Shown: positions 36,894-49,975 of the stretch, piece after piece | Numbering within the stretch: the first letter of the stretch is position 1 | Layout: each line of letters begins with the position of its first letter | Source of the DNA: Camelus dromedarius | Lineage: Eukaryota | DNA: 64,000 bases | Assembly: GCF_036321535.1 (NCBI RefSeq) | Contig: NC_087436.1 | Span: 76,572,001-76,636,000, forward strand | Reading direction: 5' to 3' | The notes under the pieces: generated by a model | Database searches by the model: none | Told to the model about the DNA's origin: nothing | The model's input: the letters and a program-made list of their open reading frames with translations, nothing else | Made by a program: the position numbers and the translations under genes

Positions 36894-36986
36894 GGGGACA
36901 GGGTAATAGCTCAGTGGTAGAGTACATGCATAGCATGCATGAGGTCCTGGGTTCAATCCCCAGTACCTCCATTAGAGGGGAAAAAA
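36894..36986 (+). mobile_element. Vic-1-type SINE, short form (tRNA head plus A tail)
   Basis: TSD AAGAAAAGCCATAT / AAGAAAAGCTATGT (36879-36892 / 36987-37000). Confidence 0.92.
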
Positions 36987-39900
36987 AAGAAAAGCTATGT
37001 CAGAGGAGATATATTTTAACAGTAATGACTTCTTAAATAAAATATTTTCAAGTACAATATTTAATATAAGTCCAACCTTTGAGCAGTTGCTCCAAATGGA
37101 ATTTGAAAAGGAATTCTGGGATTTCACAGCACTATTTATGAACTCCATTATATCATTTTCAGAAAACTGTTGCAGAAAAGAAGTTGAAATAAGAAGTAGA
37201 AAAACTACTGGAGTATTTCATAATGTAGTTATTATTTAATGATAAGACATTTAGAATATAATAATATATATATAATCTTATAATAAAACATGGAAAAATC
37301 AGGAACCTTTTTAGCTCACAGAGGTTCACTGATTATCTCTTGGTGAAGTATGAACAGTTGGAATTAAAATGTTACTCATTTTTTTAATGAATGGTAAAGT
37401 ATTCCAAGTTTACTGAGCTTTTCTATGATGACAAGTGGCTGACAGGAGTATACTACCAAACAGATCATTGGGGGGAAATATTAATATGTCCCTCAAGGTA
37501 AAGGTAACACTTTAATAATAAATGAGAAAGTAACTTGGCTATGGAGAGGACATCTTGAAAACTGACAATTGGGAATGTTCCCATTATTAAGCAATATTTT
37601 TACCCTGAATAAGTAAACCTCTATAAGGTTTTTGAAATCCATGCATACTAAATACTCAAAAATAAAATTTTCAATGGATTGAAGCAACTTGCTAAAATTA
37701 ATGTAACAACCACTTATTAGTTTGCAAAGAAAAATGATTGACATTAGGGAAGATGGAAATGTATGTCAAATGTTAAGAAAATTGTTTTCCTTAATTGGGA
37801 GTTTGGGATTTTTTTAAAATGAGGATCGTGATTTATTAATCACAGCCAAAAATTTGGCTCATTATATTTGCACAAAGTATCTTTCCACTATGACAGTGAT
37901 TATAACCATGTATCAAAGTGAACTGCACTTAGAATGGGATCCTCCCTTTGCTGTACTGTAGCTATTGAGCCAGATTCATAAAAGCATAGTCACAGTGATC
38001 ACATGGCCTCAGTCCTATAGTCTAAAATAAAATTATAATACTAGGGGGCTTTTAAACTAGTAAGAAGGAATAAAATTAAAATTATCTTTAAAATGTTATC
38101 CTTGCCTCTGCTGTTTATCATTTTTAGTTTTGAGTATTCTTTACAATGTATATAATATATTATTCTTATAAGCCATAAAACAATAAATAAATATATTTTT
38201 GGGGGTCTATATTCCAAGTGTTGATAAACATGCAGCCTTAGAAAAGTGTAAAGGACGTTGCAATAAACAGAGCAGAGGAGAACACAAATACTTGCAGCAT
38301 GAAGAGCACATGGGGCACAGTCTGAAATTCTCTCCCTGTCACACCTAAGGCAGGATGTTTAAAATGTGAGATGGTGAAAGATGATGGGTAAGACTCCTGG
38401 TCTTCTCAAGAGGTGACTTGTTTCCTAAAATGCTTTTTACTTATTTTTCCTATTAAATGGAATATGATGAATAGGATGCTCTCCCATTATAAACAAGACA
38501 ATATTACTGGCAGAACAGAGGGAGATTTTGTTGGCCTTCTAACACTCCCTCCTCCATGGGACTTAGGTATGTTTCAGATTTAAACCATTTCAAGACAGAT
38601 GTTCACAAAAATTGTATAGTTCCAAAATCACAGTAACTGCAAAACTCTTTCCAATCCTACCCTATCCTGTCCCTCCCAATCACATGACAGTACATGGAGA
38701 GGGAAAACTGTTTTGAGTAGGTATTTTAAATAGGTCATAACTGAATGTCAGTGCAATTCTTGGCCACATATCAGGGATCCCAAACGTGTTCCTCATCTTT
38801 TGCAACTCTATTTTTGTTCCTGGGAGAAATACATTTGAGTCCCAGGAATGTTTGTTTAGTGGAGATATTCTATTGCAATTAGCTGAGAATGAATGGAACA
38901 AAGAGAAGTCAATTATAGCTGTCTGGTCATTTGGAACCGCCCCGTGTTAACTGTCAGTTAATGGAAGAGGCTAGAAACTTTTCCTTCCTCAGACCTTCTT
39001 ATAATTAATATGGTTATTAATATTATACCTTACAGACAGAAATCGATAAATCACTGACAAGAAAGGCACTGCTTAAGATGCATGAGAAATTTAGTTCTCT
39101 TTAGCTCAAAAACATCCAAACCTACAACCTCAGTCAGTGTGTGTAGACTTCCACGTGCATGCAGAAGAGAACATAGTTCACTGTGTTCGCAGCTATAGTC
39201 AGGAAAGACAGATTTTTTTTTTTTAATGGAAGAATCAGTCCTTTTAAACAACGTTTGCAGCAGCCTCCGCAGAAGATTGCTGTAGAGTGTGTAAGAAGGC
39301 ATTATTTTCTACAGAGCCCTGCATCCCCCTATGCACCATCTCCTCTAGCCAGTTGCCTGAGTGTGGAACATCTGTGTTTATTTTGCATGACAAAGTTGTT
39401 CCTTAGCTTTGCCAAAATGAGCTTTGATGTGGGACTCTGGGTTTGTGGATTTTCCGTAGGGTAGTGATAAAGCTCAAGTGGCAGGACATTGTTTTTGTAT
39501 ATAATGCATATTACATGAAGTCATCCATATTTAATGACAAATGTGCTATATTTTTAATCTTTATAGCTTTAATGTGTGTAAGAGGTTTTAATAATTGGTG
39601 CTGGGATGATGGTAACTTCCCAGAAATGCTCAGCACAACTGCTGTGGTTCTCAGCCCATAGTTTGCACAGGTTGTAAATTATAAAACTTGATTAGCGATA
39701 GACTTGGCAATGTCTCCTGTCTTTTGAAGATGCCAATCTGTAGCATCATGGGTACAAAATATTTCCATTCACACTTTTAATATTCACCTAAATAGCCTAC
39801 ATGAAAAACCCCAGAATAAAAATGATGAGCTATTCAGGGAAATGAAATTGTTCTCCTAAAGAACTTCTTATGTATCTAATCCTATTGTCAGACATATTTA

Positions 39901-40524
39901 GAATTCTCCATGCAAAAACTAAGCTGGTTCATTTCAGTGATTATCCATTTAAGATTCTAATATTTCTGCTTATGTCAACAGAGTTTTAAATATTATAGAT
40001 ATAAATTCTATAATGTTTCTTTAAAAAGAAAGCTTTGTGAGGAAATCATATTCACAACCACTAATGGGTTACAATTAGAAATTTCAGGAATCTAACAATT
40101 TTAATAACTTTTATTTTTAACAGTATCAGTTTTTCTTGCTTGAAATTTTCTTGTACTCCTTTTATCTATCTTGTCTGCTCCTCAGTCCAGCAATTAGTCC
40201 ACCAATGCTGAAAGACAAAATTAATCAACCAGTGAACATTACTGAGTCTTTACTTCAAGACAATAAAGAGTATCATTGGAGACCCCAGATCCTTTCCATC
40301 CATCAACAGCAAAGCAACTATCACCCATTCCCAGTCTTATGACCATCACAGCAGAAGACTGGAGATTTACTCTCTGCTGAACCAAAGGGACCCTGGCCAT
40401 AATAACACCCAGCTCAGCTGAGGGTAGAGAGGCTATAGTGAAAACATTTAGTGACATGAAAGTCTACATATGAAAAGTGAGACTCTGAACTCCTACAGCC
40501 CAATGTCTCAAGAACCTCAACTTA

Positions 40525-42975
40525 CCAAAACAATCTTGAGAAAGAAAAGCATAACCTGAAGGCCTCACACATCCTGTTTTCAAAACATATTGTGAAGCTA
40601 TAGTAATGGAAACAGTGTGGTACTGACATAAAGGCTGATACATAGACCAATGGAAGAGAATAAAGAGCCCTAAAATAAACCCTCACGTTTCTTATTTGGC
40701 ACCCTTGCCAATGACCTTTGTCAAGGGTGCCAAGGTTATACACACAATAAGTAAGGGATAGTTTCTTCAGCAAGTGGTGCTGGGAAACTGGAAACCAACA
40801 TGCAGGAGAATGAACTTGGACCCTTACCTCACATTATATGCAAAAATTAATTTAAAATGGATTAAAGCCCTAAATGTAATACCTGGAACTATAAAATCCT
40901 AAAAGAAAATGTAGAGCAAAATCTTCATGATTTAGATTTGGCAATGATTTCTTAAATATGATACCAAAAGCCCAGTCTACAAAAGCAAAAATAGACAAAA
41001 GGACTAAAACAAACTTTAAAACTTTTGCATAGCAAAGGAAACAATCAACAAAGTAAAAGGCAACCTATGGAATGAGAGAAAATATTTTCAAATCATGTAT
41101 CTGATAAAGGATTATTATCCAGAATTCCTACAACTCAACAACATTAAAAAAAATTTTTAAGGGGCAAAAGACTTAATAGACATTTCTCCCAAAAAGATAT
41201 ACAAATGACCAATAAGCATATATTAGATGTTCAATACCATTAGCCATCAGGAAAATGCAATTTAAAACTACAATGAGCTATCACCTCACATCCATTTAGA
41301 TGCCCACTATCTAAAAACAAAACAAAATGAAATACAAGTGTAGGCAAGATGTAGAGAAATTGGAATTCTTGTGCAATATTCATGGGAATGTGAAATGGTG
41401 CACCTGCTATGGCAAACAATATGAAGATTACTCAAAAAATAAAAATAGAATTACCATATGATGTAGCAATCACACTTTAAGGTTTATATCCAAAAACATT
41501 GAAAATAGAATTTTTTTTTTCCTTTTTTAATATAATTTAGTATAGTTCCCTGTTCTGTACAGTAGGATCTTATTGTTTATCTATTTTATATATCTGCTAA
41601 TCCCAAACTCTTAATTTATCCCTCTCTCCCTCCCTTTTCCCTTTGGTAACCATAAATTTGTTTTATGTTTGTGAGTCTATTTGTGCTTTGAAAGTAAGTT
41701 CATTTTATCATTTTTTATAATCCACATATAAATGATATCATATGACATATGTCTTTGTCTGATTTACTTCACTTAGTATGATAATCTCTAGGTCCATCCA
41801 TATTGCTGCACATGGCATTATTTCATTCTTTTTTATGGCTGAGTAGTATTCTATTGTATATAAATAGTATATCTTTATCCACTCATCTCTTGATGGACAT
41901 TTAGATTTCTTCCATGTCTTGATTATCATAAATAGTGCTGCTATGAACATTAGGGTGCATGTATCTTTTCGAATTAGACTTTCCTCTGGGTATAAGCCCA
42001 GGAGTAGGATTCCTGGATCATATGGCAACAATGTTTTTAGTTTTTTAAGGAACCTCCATCCTGTTTTCCATAATAGCTGCACCAATTTACATTCCCACCA
42101 ACAGTGTAGGAAAGTTGCCTTTTCGCCACACCCTCTCCAGCATTTATTGTTTGTGGACTTTTTAATAATGGCCATCCTGACTGGTGTGAGGTGATACCTC
42201 ATTGTAGTTTTCATTTGCATTTCTCTGATAATTACTGATATTGAGCATTTTTTCATGTGCCTATTGGCCATTTGTATGTCTTCATTAGAGAAATGTCTGC
42301 TTAGGTCTTCTGCCCATTTTTGTTTGGGTTGTTTGGTTTTTTTGTTATTAAGTTGTATGAGCTGTTTGTATATTTTGGAAATTAAACCTTAGTCAGTCAC
42401 ATCTTTTGCAAATATTTTCTCCCAGTCCATGGTTTGTCTTTTTGTTTTGTTTATAGCTTGAAAATAGGATTTAGAAGAGATATTTTCATACTCATGTTTA
42501 TTGCAGCATTATGCAAAATAACCAAGAGGTGAAAGCAACCTAAATGTCCACTGATGGATAAATGGAAAAATAAAATGTGGCATATACATACAATGAGATA
42601 TCATTCAGCCCTGAAAAGGGAAATCTTTTCATGTGCTACAACATAGATAAACCTTGAGGATTTTATGCTAGGTGACATAGGCCAGTTACAAAAAGACGAA
42701 TACTGTATGATTACACTTATATGAGGTATCTACAGCAGTCAAACTCTTAGAAATAAAAAGTATAATGATGGTTGCCAGAGGCTAGTGGGGAAGGAAGAAG
42801 GGGAGTTTTTCCACTGATGTAGAGCTTTAGTACTACAAGATGAATAACTTCTAGAAATATGTTGCACAACAGTGTGTCTATAGCTAGCACTATGGTACTA
42901 TACAGTTAACAGTGATAGAGATGATGAATTTTATGTTGTGTGTTTTTTTACCACAATACAAAATTCAAGAAAAAA
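40525..42975 (+). mobile_element. L1MB-type element (ORF2 end plus 3' UTR), interrupted at 41514-42457
   Basis: ORF2 motifs 'aacagtgtggtactgacataaa' and 'ttcagcaagtggtgctgggaaactgg'; 3' end 'aattttatgttgtgtgttttttaccacaat'. Confidence 0.9.
41514..42457 (-). mobile_element. Younger 5'-truncated L1 containing an ORF2 C-terminal remnant (ORF 41738-42271); 15-bp TSD TTGAAAATAG(A/G)ATTT
   Basis: Translation '[39 protein letters not shown]' is the L1 ORF2p Cys-rich C-terminus; TSD at 41499-41513 / 42458-42472. Confidence 0.95.
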
Positions 42976-43573
42976 CAGAACAGTAAATTTGAGCAAACAT
43001 CTAGAAATTAAAATAAAAGTATCAAGATAAAAAAATATAGGAAAGCAAAGATGAGAAAACATGGCCAAGCAGTCCAGTACCTGAATAATAGGTTTTCCAA
43101 AGAAAAAAACAAAGAAAACAAAACCAGGTAATTACAGTTTAGATTCCATAAAATAACCCCAAACAGAAGAACGTGAGTGTCTAAACTGAAAATGTGCTTA
43201 GAGTACCTAGTGCAATAAACAAAATAGACATGCAGGAAGGAATATTATCATGAAATTTCAGAGGGAAGAGAATGAAAAGACTGTAGAAGCATCAAAACAT
43301 ACACTCACACTCGTAAAAGGATCTAGACTCAAAACTATGACAGGCTTCTTGACAGAAATATGAAAAACTAAAAAAAGATGAAACAATACCAAAAAAAAAA
43401 ATTCTGAGGGAAAAATGAATTCTAACCTACAGTTTTACATCACTCACAATATCAGTTGGGGAAAAATAAAGACATTAATCAAACACAATTCCTCCAAGAA
43501 TTTAGTTGCTATGCACCTTTTCTCACTTAGCCACTGGAGGATGAGGTTCATGCTAAGTAAAAGAAGATATAGG

Positions 43574-43716
43574 AGGAGGGAGGATATAGCTCAAGTGGTA
43601 GAGGACATGTTTAGCAAGCACAGTGTCCTGGGTTCAATCCCTAGTACCTCCATTAAAAAAAAATGAATAAACCTTATTACCCCTCCTGCCAAAAAAAAAA
43701 TAATTAATTAAAAAAA
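43574..43716 (+). mobile_element. Vic-1-type SINE inserted in HAL1
   Basis: tRNA head 'gatatagctcaagtggtagag...gtcctgggttcaatccctagtacctcca'; TSD AAGATATAGG (43564-43573 / 43717-43726). Confidence 0.92.
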
Positions 43717-44164
43717 AAGATATAGGGTGTAGGAAACTGAAATTCCTAATATAACACAGGAGATAAATGAAGAGGATTCCCAGAGTTATAGAGATAAGTT
43801 CTGGGATGAGAACTTCATATCAGGCTTAGAGAGAAAACATTATTATCAGGACAGAAGAATGATGGAATACTAATAATATATTTGAACATTTTGCAGAGAT
43901 TTGAATTCCTGCTATAGAGTTAGGGACAAATGGAGATGTAAGGCAAAGGGCAAACAAAAATTTTACAGAAGACATCTTTACAAGAAAGAGAATGTAAATT
44001 GTTTTACCTCATGTGAATTATCTATAAATAATATCACTCTCTATAATAGCCAAACAATAAATTGTATGCTCATTTAACAAAAATTTTGATTAGATTTCAT
44101 AGGGGAAAGGAAGGAATAACTAAACTTTCATCTTGAGAATTAAGTAGTCAATATATAATGTCTA

Positions 44165-44708
44165 CAAGTTTGTATTCTATGTCTATGAGTCGGTTTCTGT
44201 TTTGTATTTATGCTTTTTTTTGTTTGTTTTTGTTTTTTTAGAGTCCACATATGAGTGATCTCATATGGCATTTTTCTTTCTCTTTCTGGTTTACTTCACT
44301 TAGAATGACATTCTCCAGGAGCATCCATGTTGCTGCAAATGGCATTATGTTGTCGGTTTTTATGGCTGAGTAGTATTCTATTGTATAAATATACCACATC
44401 ATCTTTATCCAGTCATCCGTTGATGGACATTTAGGCTGTCTCTGTGTCTTGGCTATTGTAAATAGTGCTGCTATGAACATTGGGGTTGCCAAGGGGGCAG
44501 AGGGTGGGAAGGGACAGACGGGATTTCAAAATTGTAGAATAGATAAACAAGATTATACTGTATAGCACAGGGAAATGTACACAAGATCTTATGGTAACTC
44601 ACAGAGAAAAAGTGACAATGAATATATATATGTTCATGTATAACTGAAAAATTGTGCTCTACACTGGAATTTGACACAACATTGTAAAATGATTATAAAT
44701 CAATAAAA
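44165..44708 (+). mobile_element. Young L1 with a 5' inversion: inverted segment 44165-44486, sense 3' end 44484-44708; 15-bp TSD AATA(T/C)ATAATGTCTA
   Basis: Minus-strand ORF2 C-terminus (ORF 44238-44492) joined to a plus-strand 3' UTR with AATAAA; TSD at 44150-44164 / 44709-44723. Confidence 0.93.
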
Positions 44709-44749
44709 AATACATAATGTCTAAAACTGAAATATAAAAAATAATGGAA

Positions 44750-47675
44750 TAAAAAACCTAGAACAGCTAAAAATATCTTTGAAAAATATTTTTAAAAAGA
44801 CTGGTGAGCTTATACTACCTAATTTTAAAACATTCTATAATTATGAGAATGTGTATAGACATAAAAATTATAAAATTGATTAATGGGTCAAAAAAGAGGC
44901 TTCAGAAAGAGATCCACATGTATACAGCCAATTATTTACAACAAAGGTGTCCAAGTAATTTAATGGAAGGCATAGCTTTTTAAACAAATAGTATTCATCA
45001 ATTGATTATCATTTAAAAAAAAATCCTTGACCTTATTTCACACTCCACACAAAAATTAATTTGAAATGAGTCACAGTCCTAAATGAGGACTCTAAAACCA
45101 TAGAAATTCTAAAAGAAAGCAGAGTAGAGAATCTTTGTGACCTTAGGGTAGGTAGGTAGAGTCCTTCGAAAACAAAATGTAATAATATAATTTAAATGTA
45201 TAAATTGGACTTTATCAGAATTAATAATATCTGTTCTTCAAAAGGCATAAACAAGAAAATAATGAGACATACTGCATTTTGGGAGAAAATATTTGCAATA
45301 AATATATCTGACAAAATACATGTAAAGACTCTTACAACTCAAAAATAAGAAGACAAAATATATGGGCAAAGGACTTCAACAGGCATTTCACGAAAGAAAA
45401 TATATGAAAGACTGAAAAACAGACATGGATCAATGGAACAGAATAGATAGCCCAGAAATAAACCCACAGACCTATGGTCAATTAATTTTCAACAAAGGAG
45501 GCAAGAATATACAATGGAGAAAAGACAGTCTCTTCAGCAATTGGTGTTGGGAAGCTAGACAGCAGCATGTAAATCAATGAAGTTAGAACATTCTCTCACA
45601 CCATACCCCAAAATAAACTCAAAATGGCTTGAAGACTTAAATGTAAGACAAGACATGATAAACTTAGAAGAAAACATAGGCAAAACATTCTGACATAAAT
45701 CTTAGCAATGTTCTCCTAGGGCACTCACCCAGGCAATAGAAATAAAAGCAAAAATTAACAAATTGGGCCTAATTAAACTTACAAGCTTTTGCACAATAAA
45801 AACCATAAGCAAAAAAAAAAAAAAAATGACAACCTACAGAATGGGAGAAAATATTTGCAAATGATATGACTGACAAAGGTTTAATTTCCAGGATATACAA
45901 ACAGTTCATACAACTTAATAACAAAAAAAAAACAAAAATAAAAACAAATAACGCAATCCAAAACTGGGCAGAAGACCTAACTAGTGATTCTCCAGTGAAG
46001 AAATAAAATGGCCAATAGACACATGAAAAATGTTCAGTATCACTAATTATCAGAGAAATGCAAATCAAAACTACAATAAAGTATCACCTCACACCAGTCA
46101 GAATGGCCATCATTAAAAAGTCCACAAATGATAAATGCTAGAGAGGCTGTGGAGAAAAGGGAACCATCCTACACTGTTGGTGGAAATGTAAATTGGTGCA
46201 GCCATTATGGAAAACAGGACAGAGGTTCCTTAAAAAACTAAAAATGGAGTTGCCATATGATCCAGCAATCCCATTCCTGGGCATATATCCAGAGGAGAGT
46301 TTAATTCGAAAATACATATATATCCCAATGTCCATAGCATCACTATATACAATAGCCAAGACATGGAAGCAACCTAAATGTCCATCAACAGATGACTGGA
46401 TAAAGAAGTTGTGGTATATTTATACAATGAAATACTACTCAGCCTTTAAAAAAGATTATGCCATTTGCTGCAGCATGGATGGACCTAGAGATCATCATTC
46501 TAAGTGAAGTAAGCCAGAAAGAGAAAGAAAAATATCATATATCACTCACAGGTGGAAAAGAAAAAAAGAGGACACTAATGAACTCATCTACAAAACAGAA
46601 ACAGATTCGCAGACATAGTAAACAATCATATGGTTACCAGCAGAAAAGAGGTGGGAAGGGATAAATTTGAGGTTTGAGATTAGCAAATGTTAGCCATTAT
46701 ATCTAAAAATAGATTAAAAAAAACAAATTTCTTCTGTATAGCACAGGGAACTAAATTCAGTATCTTGTAATAACCTTTAATGGAAAAGAATATGAAAACG
46801 AATATATGTGTGTATATGCATGACTGGGACATTGTTCTGTACACCAGAAATTGATACAGTGTAACTTTAATAAAAAAGTGTCTATACTTTAATTTTAAAA
46901 AAGAAAATATATGAAAGACTAATAAGCACATGAATAGCTGCTGAAAATCATTATTCTTCAGAAAAATGTAAATTAAAATCATAATGAGAAATGATTACAT
47001 ATCCAAGGGAATGGCTAAAATTAAAAATATTGACAAAAATAAGTGTCAGTGGGAATGTGGAATTAGAACTCTCATACACTGTCAGTGAGAGTGTGAATGG
47101 TGCAACTTTAGAAAATGTTTTGTCAGTTTCTTACCAGATTAAACGTACACCTACCTTCCTCCACTACAAAAATGAATGAAAACATTCGTCCTCACAAAGA
47201 CTTGTGCACAAATATTCATAGTAGATTAGTCCTACTAGCTGAACACTGGAAATAACTCAAATATCTATCAAAGGAAAATGGATTTTAAAAATTGTGACAA
47301 ATCTATACAGTGAAACACTGCTAAGTGCTGATATAGGCAACGACATGGATGAATTTCCAGATTGTTTTGCTGAGCAAAGGAAGCTAGATGCAAAAAACAA
47401 AAATAAAAACAAACAAAAAAAACTATACTATATACGAAGCTCTAGAGAAGTAAAACTAATTTATGTAAATCTATGTTGATAAAAGTTACATCAACACCTT
47501 GGGTCAGGGTGAGTGAAAGCACTGACTGGGAAAGAACACAAAAGGACTTTCTGGGGTGATGACAATGTCTGTCTCTTGATGAGGCTGGTGATTACATTGG
47601 TGAGCATATTTAAGCTCACTGAACAGAACATCTTGTGATATAATAAATTAGAGCTCAGTAAATTTGCTTTACAAA
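44750..47675 (+). mobile_element. Old L1M (L1MB/L1ME-type 3' end), interrupted at 45414-46899
   Basis: ORF2 motifs resume across the insertion ('aggcatttcacgaaagaaaatatatgaaagact|aataagcacatg'); 3' UTR 'ggactttctggggtgatgacaatgtc'. Confidence 0.85.
45414..46899 (+). mobile_element. 5'-truncated L1 (~1.5 kb) with a perfect 21-bp direct repeat AAAGAAAATATATGAAAGACT
   Basis: ORF2 C-terminal ORFs 46193-46507 and 46458-46664; repeats at 45393-45413 / 46900-46920. Confidence 0.95.
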
Positions 47676-47894
47676 AAATAGTGATACAACCTTTGATGTC
47701 TAGAAATATTGAGGTGAATGACCAGAGAACACAAGTGAAAAAAATTGAGTGTTGTATCTTGTGTAGAATCTGGAATTTCAGATTTAGGGTAACCGACTAT
47801 CTTTTTAGTTTTGTAAAACTATTTAAATTTATAAATTAGGTACCTACATCACTTTAAGTAAGTTAATGAATCAATTAAAATAAAATAAATTTCT

Positions 47895-48095
47895 TGGTTT
47901 CTAGATCATATAAGTTTGTGTTCCAATGCTATGTCTGCTGCTAAGCTCTTTGCTTTTATAAATGCTGTTTCACTTCTCTGAGCCTCAGTTCTTATTCACA
48001 TGACTGGGGATGAAAATATTAGCTACTACATGAATTCGTTTTGAAGGCTGGAACCCACACTCCATGTGAAACACTTCAGTACAAATAAGTAGCCG
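47895..48095 (+). mobile_element. MIR fragment
   Basis: 'cacttctctgagcctcagtttctta...catgtgaaacactt'. Confidence 0.65.
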
Positions 48096-49949
48096 ATTTT
48101 AACTATTAGTATCATTTGCTATCTGTCTCTATCTATCCTTCTCATTTTCGTACCTTACAAATCCCTTCATCAACTGAACTGAAACAATAGCCCTTCCAGT
48201 TTCTTCCTTCTTCCTCCTCATGTCTTTCCATAGCTCTTGTACTGGATTTTTGACAAGTTTAGTAAGTATAAGATTATAAGTGTAAGAAACAGCATGTACT
48301 AAGTGTATCTAACTTCTAATTTATTTTTTTTAATTTGGTCATTATTAAAAATTAGGTTGCTCTATAAAATTATTATTATATGAAAATTGTTTCCACTGGT
48401 GAGGCTTTCCTTGAATAAGACTGAACACATATTCCCTGCATATTAAGAAATTAGAATTAGTTTCCTGTGTGAAATAGTTCTTCTGGATTTCAACTGGGTT
48501 TTGGTATGGGGAGGAAAATGAAAAACTATCTTTTCAATGGAGAAAGTAGACTTTTTATCCCATAATACAGATGATATACACAATCCAAGATTTCCAAAGA
48601 ATTTAGGATAATCCATTGCTTCTATAATGTAAGCACAGGTAACTTTATATGTTAAAATAATTTCACTGGTCTCCTATTTCTAATAACTTTACCTAATTTC
48701 CTTTTTTGTTTGTTTGTTTTTGGTATATCTTAATGACTAGCTCTTTCAGTGTTAACTACTAAAGGTGATAGCAGGCATCTTTGTTTCGTTTCTGACATTC
48801 ATGACATTCAGCCAACTTAAAAACAGCATGGTAAATAGAATGCATACAGTCTTCCACTGTATTCTCATCACAGTTTTAAGCAACTTCATCATCAGATCAC
48901 ACTCTGGGGTTATTTGAGATAAGACAACAAGTTGGTTTTGTTTATACCTCATATTCACTGAATATGTCCATAAAGCAGAAAAACTGTGAGAATGGAAATC
49001 AACTAAGGGGATGGAATTGTTCAGATTAAATCATTAGTCCCTACATAACCAATATATGTTGCGTGAGAAGATGGAAATATAGTTCACAAAAAAATTTAAA
49101 ATACTTAACCTGACAAAGAGTTTATAATGAAAAAATGACAAGAATTATTCTACACAAAACTGGCGAAGATTACAAATATTATAAAAATGCTGGCAAGGGT
49201 ACAAATGAGATACGTCTATCACACAATACCATTGAATAATAATTGGTACTTCATTTTGGAAGTCACTTTAGAAATGTGCATTTGGGAATAATTTTGTCTA
49301 GCACAGCTAGAGTAGGTAGTAGACCAAATTGCCAAGTCAGGAAATTTTATCTTTGTAATAGTCTCTCTGCCTCCATCTTGAAGAAGTTTCTTCTTTCAAG
49401 TGCCAACAAAGTCGTTTACTTCCCTCACGATTTCACTAACTCTGTGCACCATTCTAACTCTCAATTTATGGAATCCCTTTGGAATTAAGGAATTTCTTAA
49501 TTAGCATGAACTTACATCCAGTATTATTAGTTTAAATGAGTTTCCATTTTTTACACATTAAAATGATATATAAGTTGTTAGTATTGGGCAATAATGGGAG
49601 TGAGGTTAATATCTGGGGACAAAGAGCCAAAGTCCTAGAATTGGGCATAAGTATAGAGACAGACTTCCCCATGGAAGCTTTCTTTGTCTGTGGATGCACA
49701 TGTGCTTGCCTGTTCCTGTTGTTCAAGAGTCAAGTGTAAAACAAAATGATTGTCTGCCATCCTTTTTATTCCTTTTTAAACTATTGACTTAAATCTCAAA
49801 GTCATAAGCTTCATGAGAAACATGTCCCCAAGGCAAGGTTCCCCAAACTGTGTTTCCTAGGACAACAACAACAGCAAACTGGTATTAAATGTTTCATGGA
49901 GATTAGAATGGGATTAAGTTTGGGGGAAAAATGAACTGTATAATAAACC

Positions 49950-49975
49950 AATAAATAAATAAATAAATAAATAAA
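49950..49975. repeat. (TAAA)n microsatellite
   Basis: aataaataaataaataaataaataaa. Confidence 0.9.

Larger units (their letters stand above)
40250..47890 (+). mobile_element. HAL1-like element in pieces (~40250-40520, ~42980-43573, 43717-44164, 44709-44750, ~47675-47890), split by younger insertions
   Basis: 'cagcagaagactggagatttactctctg' (5' part), ORF1-like 'atcatgaaatttcaga', 'acacaggaga...attcccag', 'agtcaatatataatgtctaaaactgaaa' and the 3' end 'tagaaatattgaggtgaatgaccagag'. Confidence 0.65.

Noticed and set aside
41738..42271. Longest ORF (177 aa) as a host gene
   Set aside because: It is the L1 ORF2p C-terminus inside a truncated, TSD-flanked L1; the same applies to ORFs 44238-44492, 46193-46507 and 46458-46664
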